A DNA stretch of 53,144 bases from Actinomycetes bacterium (GTDB lineage: Bacteria > Actinomycetota > Aquicultoria > CAJVYJ01 > JAUVQD01). The notes under the pieces are model-generated. The model was not told the origin of the DNA. It made no database searches and saw nothing but the letters and a program-made list of their open reading frames with translations. Below, piece by piece: positions 25,392 through 35,240 of the stretch. The stretch lies in the NCBI GenBank assembly GCA_030610765.1, contig JAUWRD010000001.1:1-53144 (forward strand), in the 5' to 3' direction. Position 1 is the stretch's first letter. Every line of letters starts with the position of its first letter. A program made the translations under genes and the position numbers.

Positions 25392-27368
25392 GTGTCTCCA
25401 GCAGTAGTGGTCGCACTGGGCACAATGGCGGGTATCTCCTTGGCGTCTCTGATAGATCTGCCCTATCTTGCTATCTGGGCTATTTTCATCTTCACGTGTT
25501 CAGCGGCACTGATGCGTGCGATTTTTCAGCCCTCCAAAGGTCAAACCCTTACCATCTTCCTCATCTTTGTCTTGCTCGGTTGCCTGCTTCTTATAATGGC
25601 TCCAGACGAAGCTGAATCACATCGCCCGGAAACTCATACAAATCCCTTGTACAAGTCGATCGCTAAGTTGTCGGCGAAGGCTCTGAATGAAAAGGATAAT
25701 TCTCTTATGCTGGCAATTGTCTTTGGCGATCAAAAGAATGTAGACCCAGTAGAAAAAGACAACTTCAGACGAGCGGGTCTTCTTCACATGTTTGCCGCCT
25801 CCGGTTTCAATGTCGCCCTGTTGGCGGGATTCTTAATGATATTGGCGAGATACGCAAACGCGCCCAAGATAGCCTCCGCTGCTCTGGCGCTGATCAGTGT
25901 CATATTTTATCTTTGGCTTGTTGGTTCGTCGCCTTCTGTCGCCCGGGCGGTGGTCATGTCTATAATTTTGTATCTGGCTATTTTTTTCGGTCGACGAGTT
26001 GACGCGACGGCGTCTACGTCTATTGCAGCCGTGATCTTGCTGGCCATTGACCCTAGAGCGCTCTTTGACATCGGTTGGCAATTGTCGTTCGCAAGTCTCT
26101 TTGGTCTCCTGGTTTTGGCGCCACTTATCGCTAATCTGTTTGAATACAAAAGATCGAAAGTTATCTCAGCGTTTTCACTCACCCTTGGAGCACAAATAGC
26201 AGTAGCCCCTTTTCTAATCAACTATTTCGGACAGTTGTCCACACTCTCTGTACTTGCAAACCCTATGGCTTCCGGTGTTGTCGCTTATGTTACCGTCGTT
26301 GGTTTTCTTGCCGCCTTGTTGTCGACGTTCTGGCCAACACTTGCCGGATATATTTTCGCAACGCTGACGCCGCCTCTTGCACTAGTCAGCTGGACGTCTT
26401 CGGTCTTCGCGAATATTCCCGCTTCCACAATTGAAATGGAAGCGTCTCTTGTGTATGCAGTTCTTTTTCTGCTGCTGACTTTAATGGTTTTCGCGGCCCT
26501 CCGGTCCATCAAGGGAAGGCTAACCATGTCAGCGATAATAATCTTTATTATTGCGGCACAGACTGCCGGGCTTTGGATTAATCTGGCCCAGGGGATTCAG
26601 CGCGAAGCCCTGTCTGTGCACTTTCTTGATATCGGCCAAGGCGACGCTACGCTCATAAAATCAGGCGACGGTTCCGTGATATTGATCGACGGAGGACGGG
26701 ATTTCTTTTTGCTCGATCGAGAGTTGCGACAGCGCCAAGTCACCCACCTGGACCTGTTAATCATCTCGCACGCCCATGCGGACCACCTCGGCTCGGTTTC
26801 CGAGCTTGTGAAAAAATACCCCGTTGCCGCAGTCATTGAGCCTGGCGTTAAATACGATTCTGACGTCTATCGAGACTTCAGGCAGGCACTGGCAGCCAAT
26901 AAGATTCCGCGCTTAATTGGTCGTAGGCATCAAAAGTACAAGGTAGGGGAGGTAGAAATCAAAATTCTTATGCCCGGAAAGAATCTGATAATCGGGAGCA
27001 ATTCTGATGTCAACAATAACTCTATAGTGGCAAAAATAGAATATAAGAAATTTAGCCTACTCTTAACCGGCGACATTGAAAAAGAAGCTATCAGTGAGTT
27101 AAGTGAAAGCCGCGTCAACCTGAAAGCCCGGGTCTTGAAAGTGTCACACCAAGGAAGCAAGAATGGTACAACCGTCGCCCTTCTCAAGAAAGTGCAACCA
27201 AAATACGCGATTATCTCTGTCGGACAAAGCAATCCTTTTGGTCATCCTCACCAGATCACGCTTCGCCGATTGAATAAGTTTGCTTTGAAAACCCTGAGAA
27301 CAGATCAAAACGGAGACATCTATATTGGCACCGACGGAAATTCGATAGAAATGATTAGCGACAAATAA
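25392..27368 (+). CDS. comEC: DNA internalization competence protein ComEC/Rec2 with metallo-beta-lactamase domain
   Basis: Polytopic competence domain (GLLHMFAASGFNV) plus a C-terminal domain with FLDIGQGDA and ISHAHADHLG. GTG start 1 nt after the comEA stop. Confidence 0.85.
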   Translation: MSPAVVVALGTMAGISLASLIDLPYLAIWAIFIFTCSAALMRAIFQPSKGQTLTIFLIFVLLGCLLLIMAPDEAESHRPETHTNPLYKSIAKLSAKALNEKDNSLMLAIVFGDQKNVDPVEKDNFRRAGLLHMFAASGFNVALLAGFLMILARYANAPKIASAALALISVIFYLWLVGSSPSVARAVVMSIILYLAIFFGRRVDATASTSIAAVILLAIDPRALFDIGWQLSFASLFGLLVLAPLIANLFEYKRSKVISAFSLTLGAQIAVAPFLINYFGQLSTLSVLANPMASGVVAYVTVVGFLAALLSTFWPTLAGYIFATLTPPLALVSWTSSVFANIPASTIEMEASLVYAVLFLLLTLMVFAALRSIKGRLTMSAIIIFIIAAQTAGLWINLAQGIQREALSVHFLDIGQGDATLIKSGDGSVILIDGGRDFFLLDRELRQRQVTHLDLLIISHAHADHLGSVSELVKKYPVAAVIEPGVKYDSDVYRDFRQALAANKIPRLIGRRHQKYKVGEVEIKILMPGKNLIIGSNSDVNNNSIVAKIEYKKFSLLLTGDIEKEAISELSESRVNLKARVLKVSHQGSKNGTTVALLKKVQPKYAIISVGQSNPFGHPHQITLRRLNKFALKTLRTDQNGDIYIGTDGNSIEMISDK

Positions 27369-27413
27369 TTATTTCTTATCGGAATAGGGAGGCCTTTAAT
27401 ATAAAATGGAAAC

Positions 27414-28406
27414 ATGGCAGAAAATAGCACCAAGTTTGAGCTCGTCTATTTCATATACGGAAAATACGATCTTTTGCTCAAGGAAGCGTTAAATAGGCTT
27501 ACCGCTAAGATTTCGACTGCCGACCGGGAAACCTTACAGGTTTCTCGTTTTAGCGTTCTTGAAAATGATATAGACGAAATAATGATCTCATTGGAGACCT
27601 TGTCTTTCTTGAGCGGTCAGCGCTTAATTGTCGTTGAAGATATCCTCGAAATTAAGAAAGCTGCCCAAAAACGTTTGTTGGACTACATTGGCAACCCTAA
27701 TCCTCAAACGGTCTTAGTTATCACGACATCTTTAGACGGCAAAGATGGGCCTAAGAAGTTGAAACAAAACCAGATATATAAGGCTTGTTCAACCTCCAAA
27801 GTAGCTCAAGTGCACGAATACAAACTAAAAGGTGGCACCAGCTCTTGGACCAAACAAAGATTCGCCGCCCGAGGCAAAACTATCGACGACAAGGTGTTGG
27901 ATTTTTTATTGGCACGGGTCGGGGACAACCTTAATCGGCTGGAAAATGAGATAACCAAGATTTCTGATGCCGCAGGTAAAGATGTAAAAGAGATTGATAA
28001 AGCTATAGTCGAGCACGTTGCGGCCGTGGCCTTTGAGGCAGAGGTTTTTGACTTGATAAGCACGGTTATTGATCGTGACGCTGAGATGGCACTGACTCAA
28101 CTATCGACTATCTTAATGCGGGATTCGGCTCTTGGTCGAATATTTAGTTTACTTGAACGCCAATTTCGATTGCTCCTTCTGACCAAAACCAAGGGCAAGG
28201 GAATGCGGGGTCAAAATCTGGCCAAAGCGCTGGGCGTTAGCCCCGGTCAAACCTACTATTTGGAAAAACAAAGCCGGCTTTTTACTTTGCCGCAGCTCAA
28301 AGGTGCCTTGATGTCACTGGTTGAGATAGATCACGCACGAAAAAACAGCGCAACCCCGCCTAAGCTTTTGCTTGAAAAGACAATTGTTGATTTGTGTGGA
28401 ATATAA
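27414..28406 (+). CDS. holA: DNA polymerase III delta subunit
   Basis: 330 aa with VYFIYGKYDLLL near the N-terminus. Canonical position after comEC and next to rpsT. Confidence 0.75.
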   Translation: MAENSTKFELVYFIYGKYDLLLKEALNRLTAKISTADRETLQVSRFSVLENDIDEIMISLETLSFLSGQRLIVVEDILEIKKAAQKRLLDYIGNPNPQTVLVITTSLDGKDGPKKLKQNQIYKACSTSKVAQVHEYKLKGGTSSWTKQRFAARGKTIDDKVLDFLLARVGDNLNRLENEITKISDAAGKDVKEIDKAIVEHVAAVAFEAEVFDLISTVIDRDAEMALTQLSTILMRDSALGRIFSLLERQFRLLLLTKTKGKGMRGQNLAKALGVSPGQTYYLEKQSRLFTLPQLKGALMSLVEIDHARKNSATPPKLLLEKTIVDLCGI

Positions 28407-28418
28407 GACCCTGGTGGT

Positions 28419-28688
28419 TTATTTCTTTTTAATCGAACCAAGCGCCTTCGAGAGAGCCGATTTCCTGTTAGCAGCGTTATTGCGATGGATTACTTTCTTG
28501 GAAACTGCAGCATCCAAAGCCTTTACCGAACTATCGTATGCTTCCTTAGCGGCTTTTTTATCTTTCTTGTCCACAGCCGCACGAAACTTCGCAATTGATG
28601 TTTTGATGCCTGAGCGCACTGCTTTATTGCGCTCATGTTGACGCTCCGTAACCCTTATTCTTTTGATTGCCGATTTAATATTTGCCAT
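28419..28688 (-). CDS. rpsT: 30S ribosomal protein S20
   Basis: MANIKSAIKRIRVTERQHERNK..., 89 aa and basic. Confidence 0.95.
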   Translation of the reverse strand: MANIKSAIKRIRVTERQHERNKAVRSGIKTSIAKFRAAVDKKDKKAAKEAYDSSVKALDAAVSKKVIHRNNAANRKSALSKALGSIKKK

Positions 28689-28810
28689 TTTTTTATCCCC
28701 CGCCTAAAAGCATTGGGATGTTATCACATATTAATTGTCGTACGCAAGTTTATGCCCCAGCTATGCTATGATTATTCAGCCCTCGACGCTCGAGTCCGGG
28801 AGAAAAATAC

Positions 28811-30409
28811 TTGGCAGACCGAAAAATTAATCTGAGTCGTTCGACCGGCATTGTCTCAATAGCCACCGCATTGAGTCGGGTCACAGGATTCATTAGCCTT
28901 CTTTTTATCGCTGAGGCCCTTGGGTACTCTCGCCTTCAAGATTCATACAATTTGGCGAATATGATGCCAAACATGATCTATGAGCTAATTGCCGGCGGAA
29001 TTCTCACCTCAATATTGATCCCTATCTTTATTACCAGTCGAGTCACGGAAGGGGAGGCCGGGTGGAGAGCGGTAAGCAATATCATGAACATTGCTATTCT
29101 TTTCCTTGTTGGAATTGCTCTTTTGGGGTCTATCTTTTCTTACTATTTAGTGAGAGTTCAAACTTTCCTGGTTCCAACAGATAAAGTGAGCATCGCGCAA
29201 CTTAATTTCTTCTTTAAGTTCTTTGTTTGGGAAATAGTGTTTTATGGTCTAACCGCCTTACTCAATGGCATACTCCAAGCACATCGACGCTTTACAATGC
29301 CGGCGCTTGCTCCGATCTTCAATAACGTGGTTGTTATATTGACGATTGTTCTTTTTTACTTGCCTCTCAAGGAAAGCAATCCGGACCTCGCGCTTATCGC
29401 TTTGGCTCTTGGAACCACCCTTGGAATAGCAGCCATGGCCCTAGTGCAGCTTCCGGCTTTGCTCAAGATCGGTTGGCAGTATCACGCGGTTATTGACTTT
29501 CGCGATCCGGCATTTAGACAGCTCTCGGTTTTGGCTCTACCGGTTGTCGTCTATGTAGCCAGCAATCAGATAGGGCTCACTGTTTCAAATGCCCTGGCCT
29601 GGCAATTTACGGGCGGCGTAACTGCTTTTTTATATGGTTGGAGGTTTTTTCAAATGCCGTATGGTCTTCTCGCGGCCTCCATCTCAACTGTCCTGTTTCC
29701 TGATTTTGCCGAACAAGCGGCCAAGTCAGATTTTCGCGGCTTTAAAGAAACACTCTCTAAGGCCATAAGCGCAACAGCGTTCATAATAATTCCCGTGAGC
29801 ATCGGTCTTTTTCTGCTAAGTTCAAGAATATTTATCTTAATATTCACGAATATTCTTGGAAAATTTACTGTGACTGATGCCGTTCAAATTTCAGAGGTCA
29901 TGGCCTATTTCGTTCTCGGACTCTTGCCGTTTTCATTATTCATGCTCTTTAACAGGGTCTTTTATTCGCTTAAAGACACGCGAACATCAATGAAAGTAAA
30001 CGCCCTGGGCGTCCCGCTAAATATCGGGTTAAATTTTTTACTGGTAAGCTATTTTGGCGTAGCCGGTTTGGCAATGGGCCACAGCTTAACCTATCTTGCC
30101 ACCATGAGTTTGCTTATTTACTTGCTAAAGAAAAGAATAGGGCCGATAAACGGGCGGGCTTTGCTACTCAAAACAACGAAGTTTGCTCTAATATCCGCGG
30201 TTATGGGAATAATTATTGTAATCGTCGGCAATCTCACACCGTTCGCTCTCGCTTTCTCGGAGACGACCGAGAATCTCATAGTCTTGTTGATTAGCACGGC
30301 TTTGGGAGGAACTATATATATAGCCCTGAACAAAGCGCTTGGCACCGAAGAAGTTCGTTTCTTACCCAAGATGATCAGGGGTATACTTGGAAGAGCCGGG
30401 AAATCTTAA
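28811..30409 (+). CDS. murJ: lipid II flippase MurJ/MviN
   Basis: About 14 TM helices. N-terminal SRVTGF...L.A.A.G motif. 532 aa. TTG start. Confidence 0.85.
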   Translation: MADRKINLSRSTGIVSIATALSRVTGFISLLFIAEALGYSRLQDSYNLANMMPNMIYELIAGGILTSILIPIFITSRVTEGEAGWRAVSNIMNIAILFLVGIALLGSIFSYYLVRVQTFLVPTDKVSIAQLNFFFKFFVWEIVFYGLTALLNGILQAHRRFTMPALAPIFNNVVVILTIVLFYLPLKESNPDLALIALALGTTLGIAAMALVQLPALLKIGWQYHAVIDFRDPAFRQLSVLALPVVVYVASNQIGLTVSNALAWQFTGGVTAFLYGWRFFQMPYGLLAASISTVLFPDFAEQAAKSDFRGFKETLSKAISATAFIIIPVSIGLFLLSSRIFILIFTNILGKFTVTDAVQISEVMAYFVLGLLPFSLFMLFNRVFYSLKDTRTSMKVNALGVPLNIGLNFLLVSYFGVAGLAMGHSLTYLATMSLLIYLLKKRIGPINGRALLLKTTKFALISAVMGIIIVIVGNLTPFALAFSETTENLIVLLISTALGGTIYIALNKALGTEEVRFLPKMIRGILGRAGKS

Positions 30410-30474
30410 GGATCGGTTTAACCCGACTGAATTTTCTTATATCATGTGTTAAAGAAAACAAGAGGAGATGAATT

Positions 30475-30714
30475 GTGGCCAAGCTAAAAATTAAGCTTAC
30501 TTTTCCAGAAAAACTCATTAAGGAGCCGGCGATTTATAATCTTGGCAAGAAGTTTGATATTGTGACAAACATCAGGCGAGCCAATGTTGAAGCCAAAGTG
30601 GGCTGGGTAGTTCTTGAAATGGACGCTTCCATGGAATCCTTGCAAAAGGGCCTCAAATACCTTGATGAAGTCGGTGTCGTTGTAGAGCAGCTTGATGGAG
30701 GCTTGGAAGGGTAG
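30475..30714 (+). CDS. NIL-domain protein (stand-alone MetN C-terminal-like domain)
   Basis: 79 aa, ..EPAIYNLGKKFDIVTNIRRANVE...GWVVLEM.. pattern. GTG start with AGAGGAG SD. Confidence 0.55.
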   Translation: MAKLKIKLTFPEKLIKEPAIYNLGKKFDIVTNIRRANVEAKVGWVVLEMDASMESLQKGLKYLDEVGVVVEQLDGGLEG

Positions 30715-30733
30715 AGCTTCTTAAAAAAATCAG

Positions 30734-32176
30734 CTACTCGATGATTCCCCCTCCCAAAAGCACGTTTTCTGAATAGAAAACAGCAGATTGCCCCGGAGCT
30801 ATAGGACCAAATGATTCTTCGAGCTCGATATTCGCTCTTTCAGCCGCGATAGGCTCAACTCTCGCTTTTACTAACGGGCTATTATAGCGGATCATGACCT
30901 CAGCATTAAATGATCCTTGACCTGCCTTTACGTCAATAATATTTAAGTCGGATACCAAAAAGTTTTTACGATAAAGATCTGATTTTCCGCCCACCCGCAA
31001 TACGTTTTCCCGCATGTCCAGGTTGAGCACGTACAGCGGATCAGGGGAAGATATCTCGAGTCCCCGACGCTGACCAACAGTATAATGAATTAATCCCTTA
31101 TGGTCGCCAATTTTTTCTCCATCAATATTAATAATTGATCCGGGAGTCGGGCGATGGCCAGTTGACTCAGTGACAAATCGAGCATAATCACCGTCTGGAA
31201 CAAAACACACATCTTGGGAATCAGGCTTTTCCGCAACATCTAGTGAAAGTTCTCTCGCAAGTTCTCGCACCTCTTTTTTTGTCATCTCACCTAAAGGCGC
31301 TCGAAAACTTTTTAAGACCTCTTGCGTGGCGGCCCAAAACATATACGACTGGTCTTTTCCCAGGTCTCTTGCTCTGACTACCTCAAAGTTGCCGTTTGGC
31401 TTTTCGCGAATTCCAACATAATGACCAGTTGCCAGATGCGAGGCTCCAAAATCCCTTGCTTTCTTCAAGAAGTGATCAAATCGTATTCGGCGATTACATT
31501 CCACACATGGATTCGGCGTCTGCCCTGATAGATACGATTTACAAAAATGGTCAATGACTTCGGCGCTAAACTCATCCCTCATATCAATTACAAGATGAGG
31601 GAAGCCGATTTTCGCGGCAATTGCTCTGGCGTCAGCTATATCCTCCGGCGCGCAACAAGCGCGAGCGCCGGACTCCGCGAAGTCGTGTAATCTTAATGTA
31701 ATACCTAGGGGTTGCTCTCCTTGTTGATGCAAGAGCGCGGCAGCAATCGCGCTATCGACACCACCACTCATAGCCGCGATAGTTAATTCAGAACCGTCAA
31801 CAAAAAGTCCTTGATCGCGTTCGTAGTTTTCAATTGCGTTAGCCAAGGCGGCGATAGTTAAATCCAGACAAGAGGAGCGCTTTTCAGGTAGATCTTGAAG
31901 GTGGCGAGCCAATACTGCGCCCGTAATTTGAGCTGCTTTAAGAAAGTCTTTCCCGGCAACTAATTGAGCGCATGCCGACGCGCCCGCGATAGCGGCCGGG
32001 CACCCGGAAGCTAAAAAAGCCGCTTCTTCTATAGTGTCGCCATTAATTCTTAGATATATGCGTACATGATCCCCGCAACCACCACCCGCGCTACCGACAG
32101 TGTTTGCCGTTTCAAGCGGACCGATTAATCCAGGTTCTGAAAAGTATTTAAGCCAATGAGCTTGCCTTGTCTTCAT
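30734..32176 (-). CDS. mnmA: IscU/NifU-like domain fused to tRNA-specific 2-thiouridylase MnmA
   Basis: The N-terminal 120 aa carry the three scaffold cysteines (GGGCGD, ASGCPAA, RSSCLD). Then come PP-loop AAMSGGVDS, NPCVECNRRIRF and SQDVCFV (MnmA catalytic Cys motifs). Confidence 0.85.
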   Translation of the reverse strand: MKTRQAHWLKYFSEPGLIGPLETANTVGSAGGGCGDHVRIYLRINGDTIEEAAFLASGCPAAIAGASACAQLVAGKDFLKAAQITGAVLARHLQDLPEKRSSCLDLTIAALANAIENYERDQGLFVDGSELTIAAMSGGVDSAIAAALLHQQGEQPLGITLRLHDFAESGARACCAPEDIADARAIAAKIGFPHLVIDMRDEFSAEVIDHFCKSYLSGQTPNPCVECNRRIRFDHFLKKARDFGASHLATGHYVGIREKPNGNFEVVRARDLGKDQSYMFWAATQEVLKSFRAPLGEMTKKEVRELARELSLDVAEKPDSQDVCFVPDGDYARFVTESTGHRPTPGSIINIDGEKIGDHKGLIHYTVGQRRGLEISSPDPLYVLNLDMRENVLRVGGKSDLYRKNFLVSDLNIIDVKAGQGSFNAEVMIRYNSPLVKARVEPIAAERANIELEESFGPIAPGQSAVFYSENVLLGGGIIE

Positions 32177-32294
32177 AATTCATTATCCCACAACCGTCAC
32201 AGATACGTATGGTTTAATGGTCCAATTGCAATATGCTTATGTACTTGGATCAGAAGAAAAGATAGAGTATAGGCAGCCCGAAAAGGATATGAAT

Positions 32295-33314
32295 ATGCAT
32301 ATGACTTCAAAGAAAAAAGCGCTCGCTCTGCTCTCTGGTGGTCTTGACAGCAGGTTGGCGGTCAGAATGATGCAAGAACAGAATATTGATATGGTCGCCT
32401 TAAACTATGTCACTCCATTTTGTAACTGCACGGCAAAGACCAGTTGTATGAGTGAGGCCCGAAAAGCATCCCAGGAATATGGCATTCCCTTAAAAGTCAT
32501 CCCGATGTTTGACGATTTTATTAAAGTTGTTCAGAAGCCTAAATACTCTTATGGCCGTGGCTTAAACCCTTGCCTTGATTGCCGCATTCTGATGTTCAAA
32601 AAAGCGGCCTCGCTCATGGACGAGGTGGGGGCATCTTTCTTGATCACAGGTGAGGTTTTGGGTGAGCGACCCATGTCTCAACGTCTGGACGCAATTGCCA
32701 CAATTGAACGCGACAGCGGTTTGACGGGTTTAATCGTGCGTCCATTGTCCGCTCAATTGTTTGAGCCGACCATTCCTGAAAAAGAGGGATGGATAGACAG
32801 GTCTAAACTTCTTAAGATTTCCGGGCGATCAAGGCGCCCGCAGATCAAACTGGCGGCGGAGCTGGGCGTTGACGATTATCCATGTCCTGCAGGGGGCTGC
32901 TTGCTCACGGAAAGACATTTCGCTGACAAACTTCGGCACTTGTTTGAGTTGCGTGAGGATCCATCAAAGAACGACGTACTCCTCTTAAAGGTGGGTCGTC
33001 ACTTTTCCGGGGATTCAGGGGCAACACAGATTGTTGTCGGCAGAGACGAGAATGAAAACAAGCGTCTCGAAGATTTATCGACGAACACTGACTGGCTTGT
33101 AACTATTGATGACTGGACGGGTCCTACGACACTCGTCCGGGGTGACGCGATTTCCGATCTCGATCTGGAAAAGGCAGCGACGCTCGCTGCTCGCTACGGA
33201 AAAGGACGTGACGAGGATCAAGTGGACTCGACCTGTAGATTCCTGGGGGAAACTGAGCGCGTGATTAAAAAACGCGTGAGCCCGTTGAGCGAACCCAAAG
33301 CAAAAATCATGTAG
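32295..33314 (+). CDS. PP-loop ATP pyrophosphatase, MnmA/ThiI-like putative tRNA sulfurtransferase
   Basis: ALALLSGGLDS PP-loop and NPCLDCRILMFK. The listed ORF starts at 32217. I prefer the ATG at 32295 (AAGGA 7 nt upstream), because 32217 leaves only 40 nt to the divergent mnmA start. Confidence 0.55.
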   Translation: MHMTSKKKALALLSGGLDSRLAVRMMQEQNIDMVALNYVTPFCNCTAKTSCMSEARKASQEYGIPLKVIPMFDDFIKVVQKPKYSYGRGLNPCLDCRILMFKKAASLMDEVGASFLITGEVLGERPMSQRLDAIATIERDSGLTGLIVRPLSAQLFEPTIPEKEGWIDRSKLLKISGRSRRPQIKLAAELGVDDYPCPAGGCLLTERHFADKLRHLFELREDPSKNDVLLLKVGRHFSGDSGATQIVVGRDENENKRLEDLSTNTDWLVTIDDWTGPTTLVRGDAISDLDLEKAATLAARYGKGRDEDQVDSTCRFLGETERVIKKRVSPLSEPKAKIM

Positions 33315-33360
33315 ATTGGTTTCATAAAACAGATAAAATGAAAGCTAAGGAGGCATTTAC

Positions 33361-34170
33361 TTGACTGAGCAGGTGGCAGAGATTGGTATCTTTGGTGGTT
33401 CCGGATTTTATTCATTCCTTGATGACGTACGCGAATTAATTGTTGAAACGCCATATGGCCCACCGAGCGAAAGTATTTCGGTAGGGAAGTTGGGTGGCAG
33501 AAAAGTGGCTTTTTTGCCGAGGCATGGGTCAAAACACCAGCATCCTCCCCACAATCTAAATTATCGAGCTAACATCTATGCCATGAAGGAGCTCGGAGTT
33601 ACCCAAATTATCGGTCCGTGCGCAAGCGGTAGTTTGCAAGTTGATGTCAAGCCTGGGAATTTTGTTTTGTGCGACCAATTCATCGACCGGACACGCGGGC
33701 GTGATGATACATTTTATAATGGTCCGATTTCAACTCATATTAGCACTGCTGAACCATATTGCGCCGAAATGAGAGCTATCGCGGCTCGTGTCGGTGAGAA
33801 TTTAGGGCTGGACATCCACAAAACCGGCACCGTTGTCGTTGTTCAGGGCCCTCGCTTCAGCACAAAAGCCGAGAGCCGCTGGTTTTCTTCTCACGGGTGG
33901 GAAGTCATAAATATGACACAATATCCGGAGTGTGTCCTGGCACGCGAGCTTGAGATCTGCTACTTAAATATCTCGCTTATAACAGATTGGGACGTGGGCC
34001 TTGAGGACCACCCGGCCATTAAAGCTGTAACTCTTGATGAGGTCGTCAAGACGTTCAACGACAATAACGCAAAACTTAGAGATTTTCTTTTTAAGCTTAT
34101 CCCTGAGCTGCCGACATCCAGAAATTGCGCATGCTCAAAAGCGCTTGATGGCGCTCGATTTACCGTTTAG
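33361..34170 (+). CDS. mtnP: S-methyl-5'-thioadenosine phosphorylase
   Basis: IGIFGGSGFY, LPRHG..H..PPH..NYRANI and MTQYPE motifs. TTG start behind AAGGAGG. Confidence 0.85.
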   Translation: MTEQVAEIGIFGGSGFYSFLDDVRELIVETPYGPPSESISVGKLGGRKVAFLPRHGSKHQHPPHNLNYRANIYAMKELGVTQIIGPCASGSLQVDVKPGNFVLCDQFIDRTRGRDDTFYNGPISTHISTAEPYCAEMRAIAARVGENLGLDIHKTGTVVVVQGPRFSTKAESRWFSSHGWEVINMTQYPECVLARELEICYLNISLITDWDVGLEDHPAIKAVTLDEVVKTFNDNNAKLRDFLFKLIPELPTSRNCACSKALDGARFTV

Positions 34171-35063
34171 AAGCAGGTAATTGACCTAAACAAATCAAAT
34201 CGCGACTCAATTTCGTCATTAGTTAAACTGACAAGTCTTTGAGCGCCAAATCCTTCGACGTTGAACGAAGCCATAACGCTACCGTAAATTATTGCTTTCC
34301 TTATATTTGGCTCCGATAGATCACCTGTTTTCGCGAGATGACCAAGAAAGCCGCCGGCAAAACTGTCTCCGGCACCGGTCGGATCTTTGATCTCCTCAAT
34401 TGGAAAAGCTGGGGCTGCGAAATGAGTTGCATCTGTGAACAGTAAAGCTCCGTGCTCACCCTTCTTGAGTATTACCGCCTCCGGACCCAGAGCGATCAAT
34501 TTCCTGGCTGACTCAAGCATACTGAATGTTTGACAAAACTCTCGGGCCTCCGAGTCATTCATAAGACAAAGGTTCACTTTTTTAATTAGATCTGTTAAAG
34601 AGCCCGGCTTGCTGCTTATCCAGTAGTTCATTGTGTCGCATACGCTAAACACATCGTCATTAACTTGCGATAGTACCGCTTGCTGTAGGTCGGGGTCGAT
34701 ATTCGCGAGAAAAAGAAACTCCGTATCCTTATAATTTTCGGGCAATTTCGGCTTAAAGCTCTCAAAAACATTCAACTGGGTATCGATTGTGTGGGCTTGG
34801 TTTAGATCGTACTCATAATATCCTTCCCACCGAAAAGTTTGACCATCTTGTGTCTCTAATCCTGAAAGATCAACACCTCGAGCAGTTAAAAAATCAATAT
34901 GCTCGTCCGGAAAGTCTGAGCCTACAACCGCGACCAACCCGACCTTGGTAAAAAAACTTGCGGCACAGGCAAAATGTGTGGCGGATCCTCCAAGCATTTC
35001 ATCAACTTGGCCAAAAGGTGTCTTAACTTTATCAAGCGCTACTGAACCGACTACTACTATCAA
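34167..35063 (-). CDS. PfkB-family carbohydrate/nucleoside kinase
   Basis: DPTGAGDSFAGGF ATP-binding motif and an N-terminal GGSA motif. The stop overlaps the mtnP stop (TTAG). Confidence 0.75.
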   Translation of the reverse strand: MIVVVGSVALDKVKTPFGQVDEMLGGSATHFACAASFFTKVGLVAVVGSDFPDEHIDFLTARGVDLSGLETQDGQTFRWEGYYEYDLNQAHTIDTQLNVFESFKPKLPENYKDTEFLFLANIDPDLQQAVLSQVNDDVFSVCDTMNYWISSKPGSLTDLIKKVNLCLMNDSEAREFCQTFSMLESARKLIALGPEAVILKKGEHGALLFTDATHFAAPAFPIEEIKDPTGAGDSFAGGFLGHLAKTGDLSEPNIRKAIIYGSVMASFNVEGFGAQRLVSLTNDEIESRFDLFRSITCF

Positions 35064-35240
35064 TTTATCCCTTTTCTCCTAAACAACAGATTCTAATTCA
35101 TTCCCAAAACCTTGGATAAAACATTTCCGCTTTGAATTATCATAATTTTCCAGTGGTTGTCAAATGGAAAGCAACGTTGCTCTGCCCCTGGGGTATAATG
35201 GCACTGTTATTCGTCTCTCAAACAAAAGAGGGTTTTTGGC

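Noticed and set aside
28635-28835. Listed 66-aa plus-strand ORF between rpsT and murJ
   Set aside because: It starts antisense within rpsT and has no SD. Its end overlaps the murJ start. The region is better explained as divergent promoter DNA.
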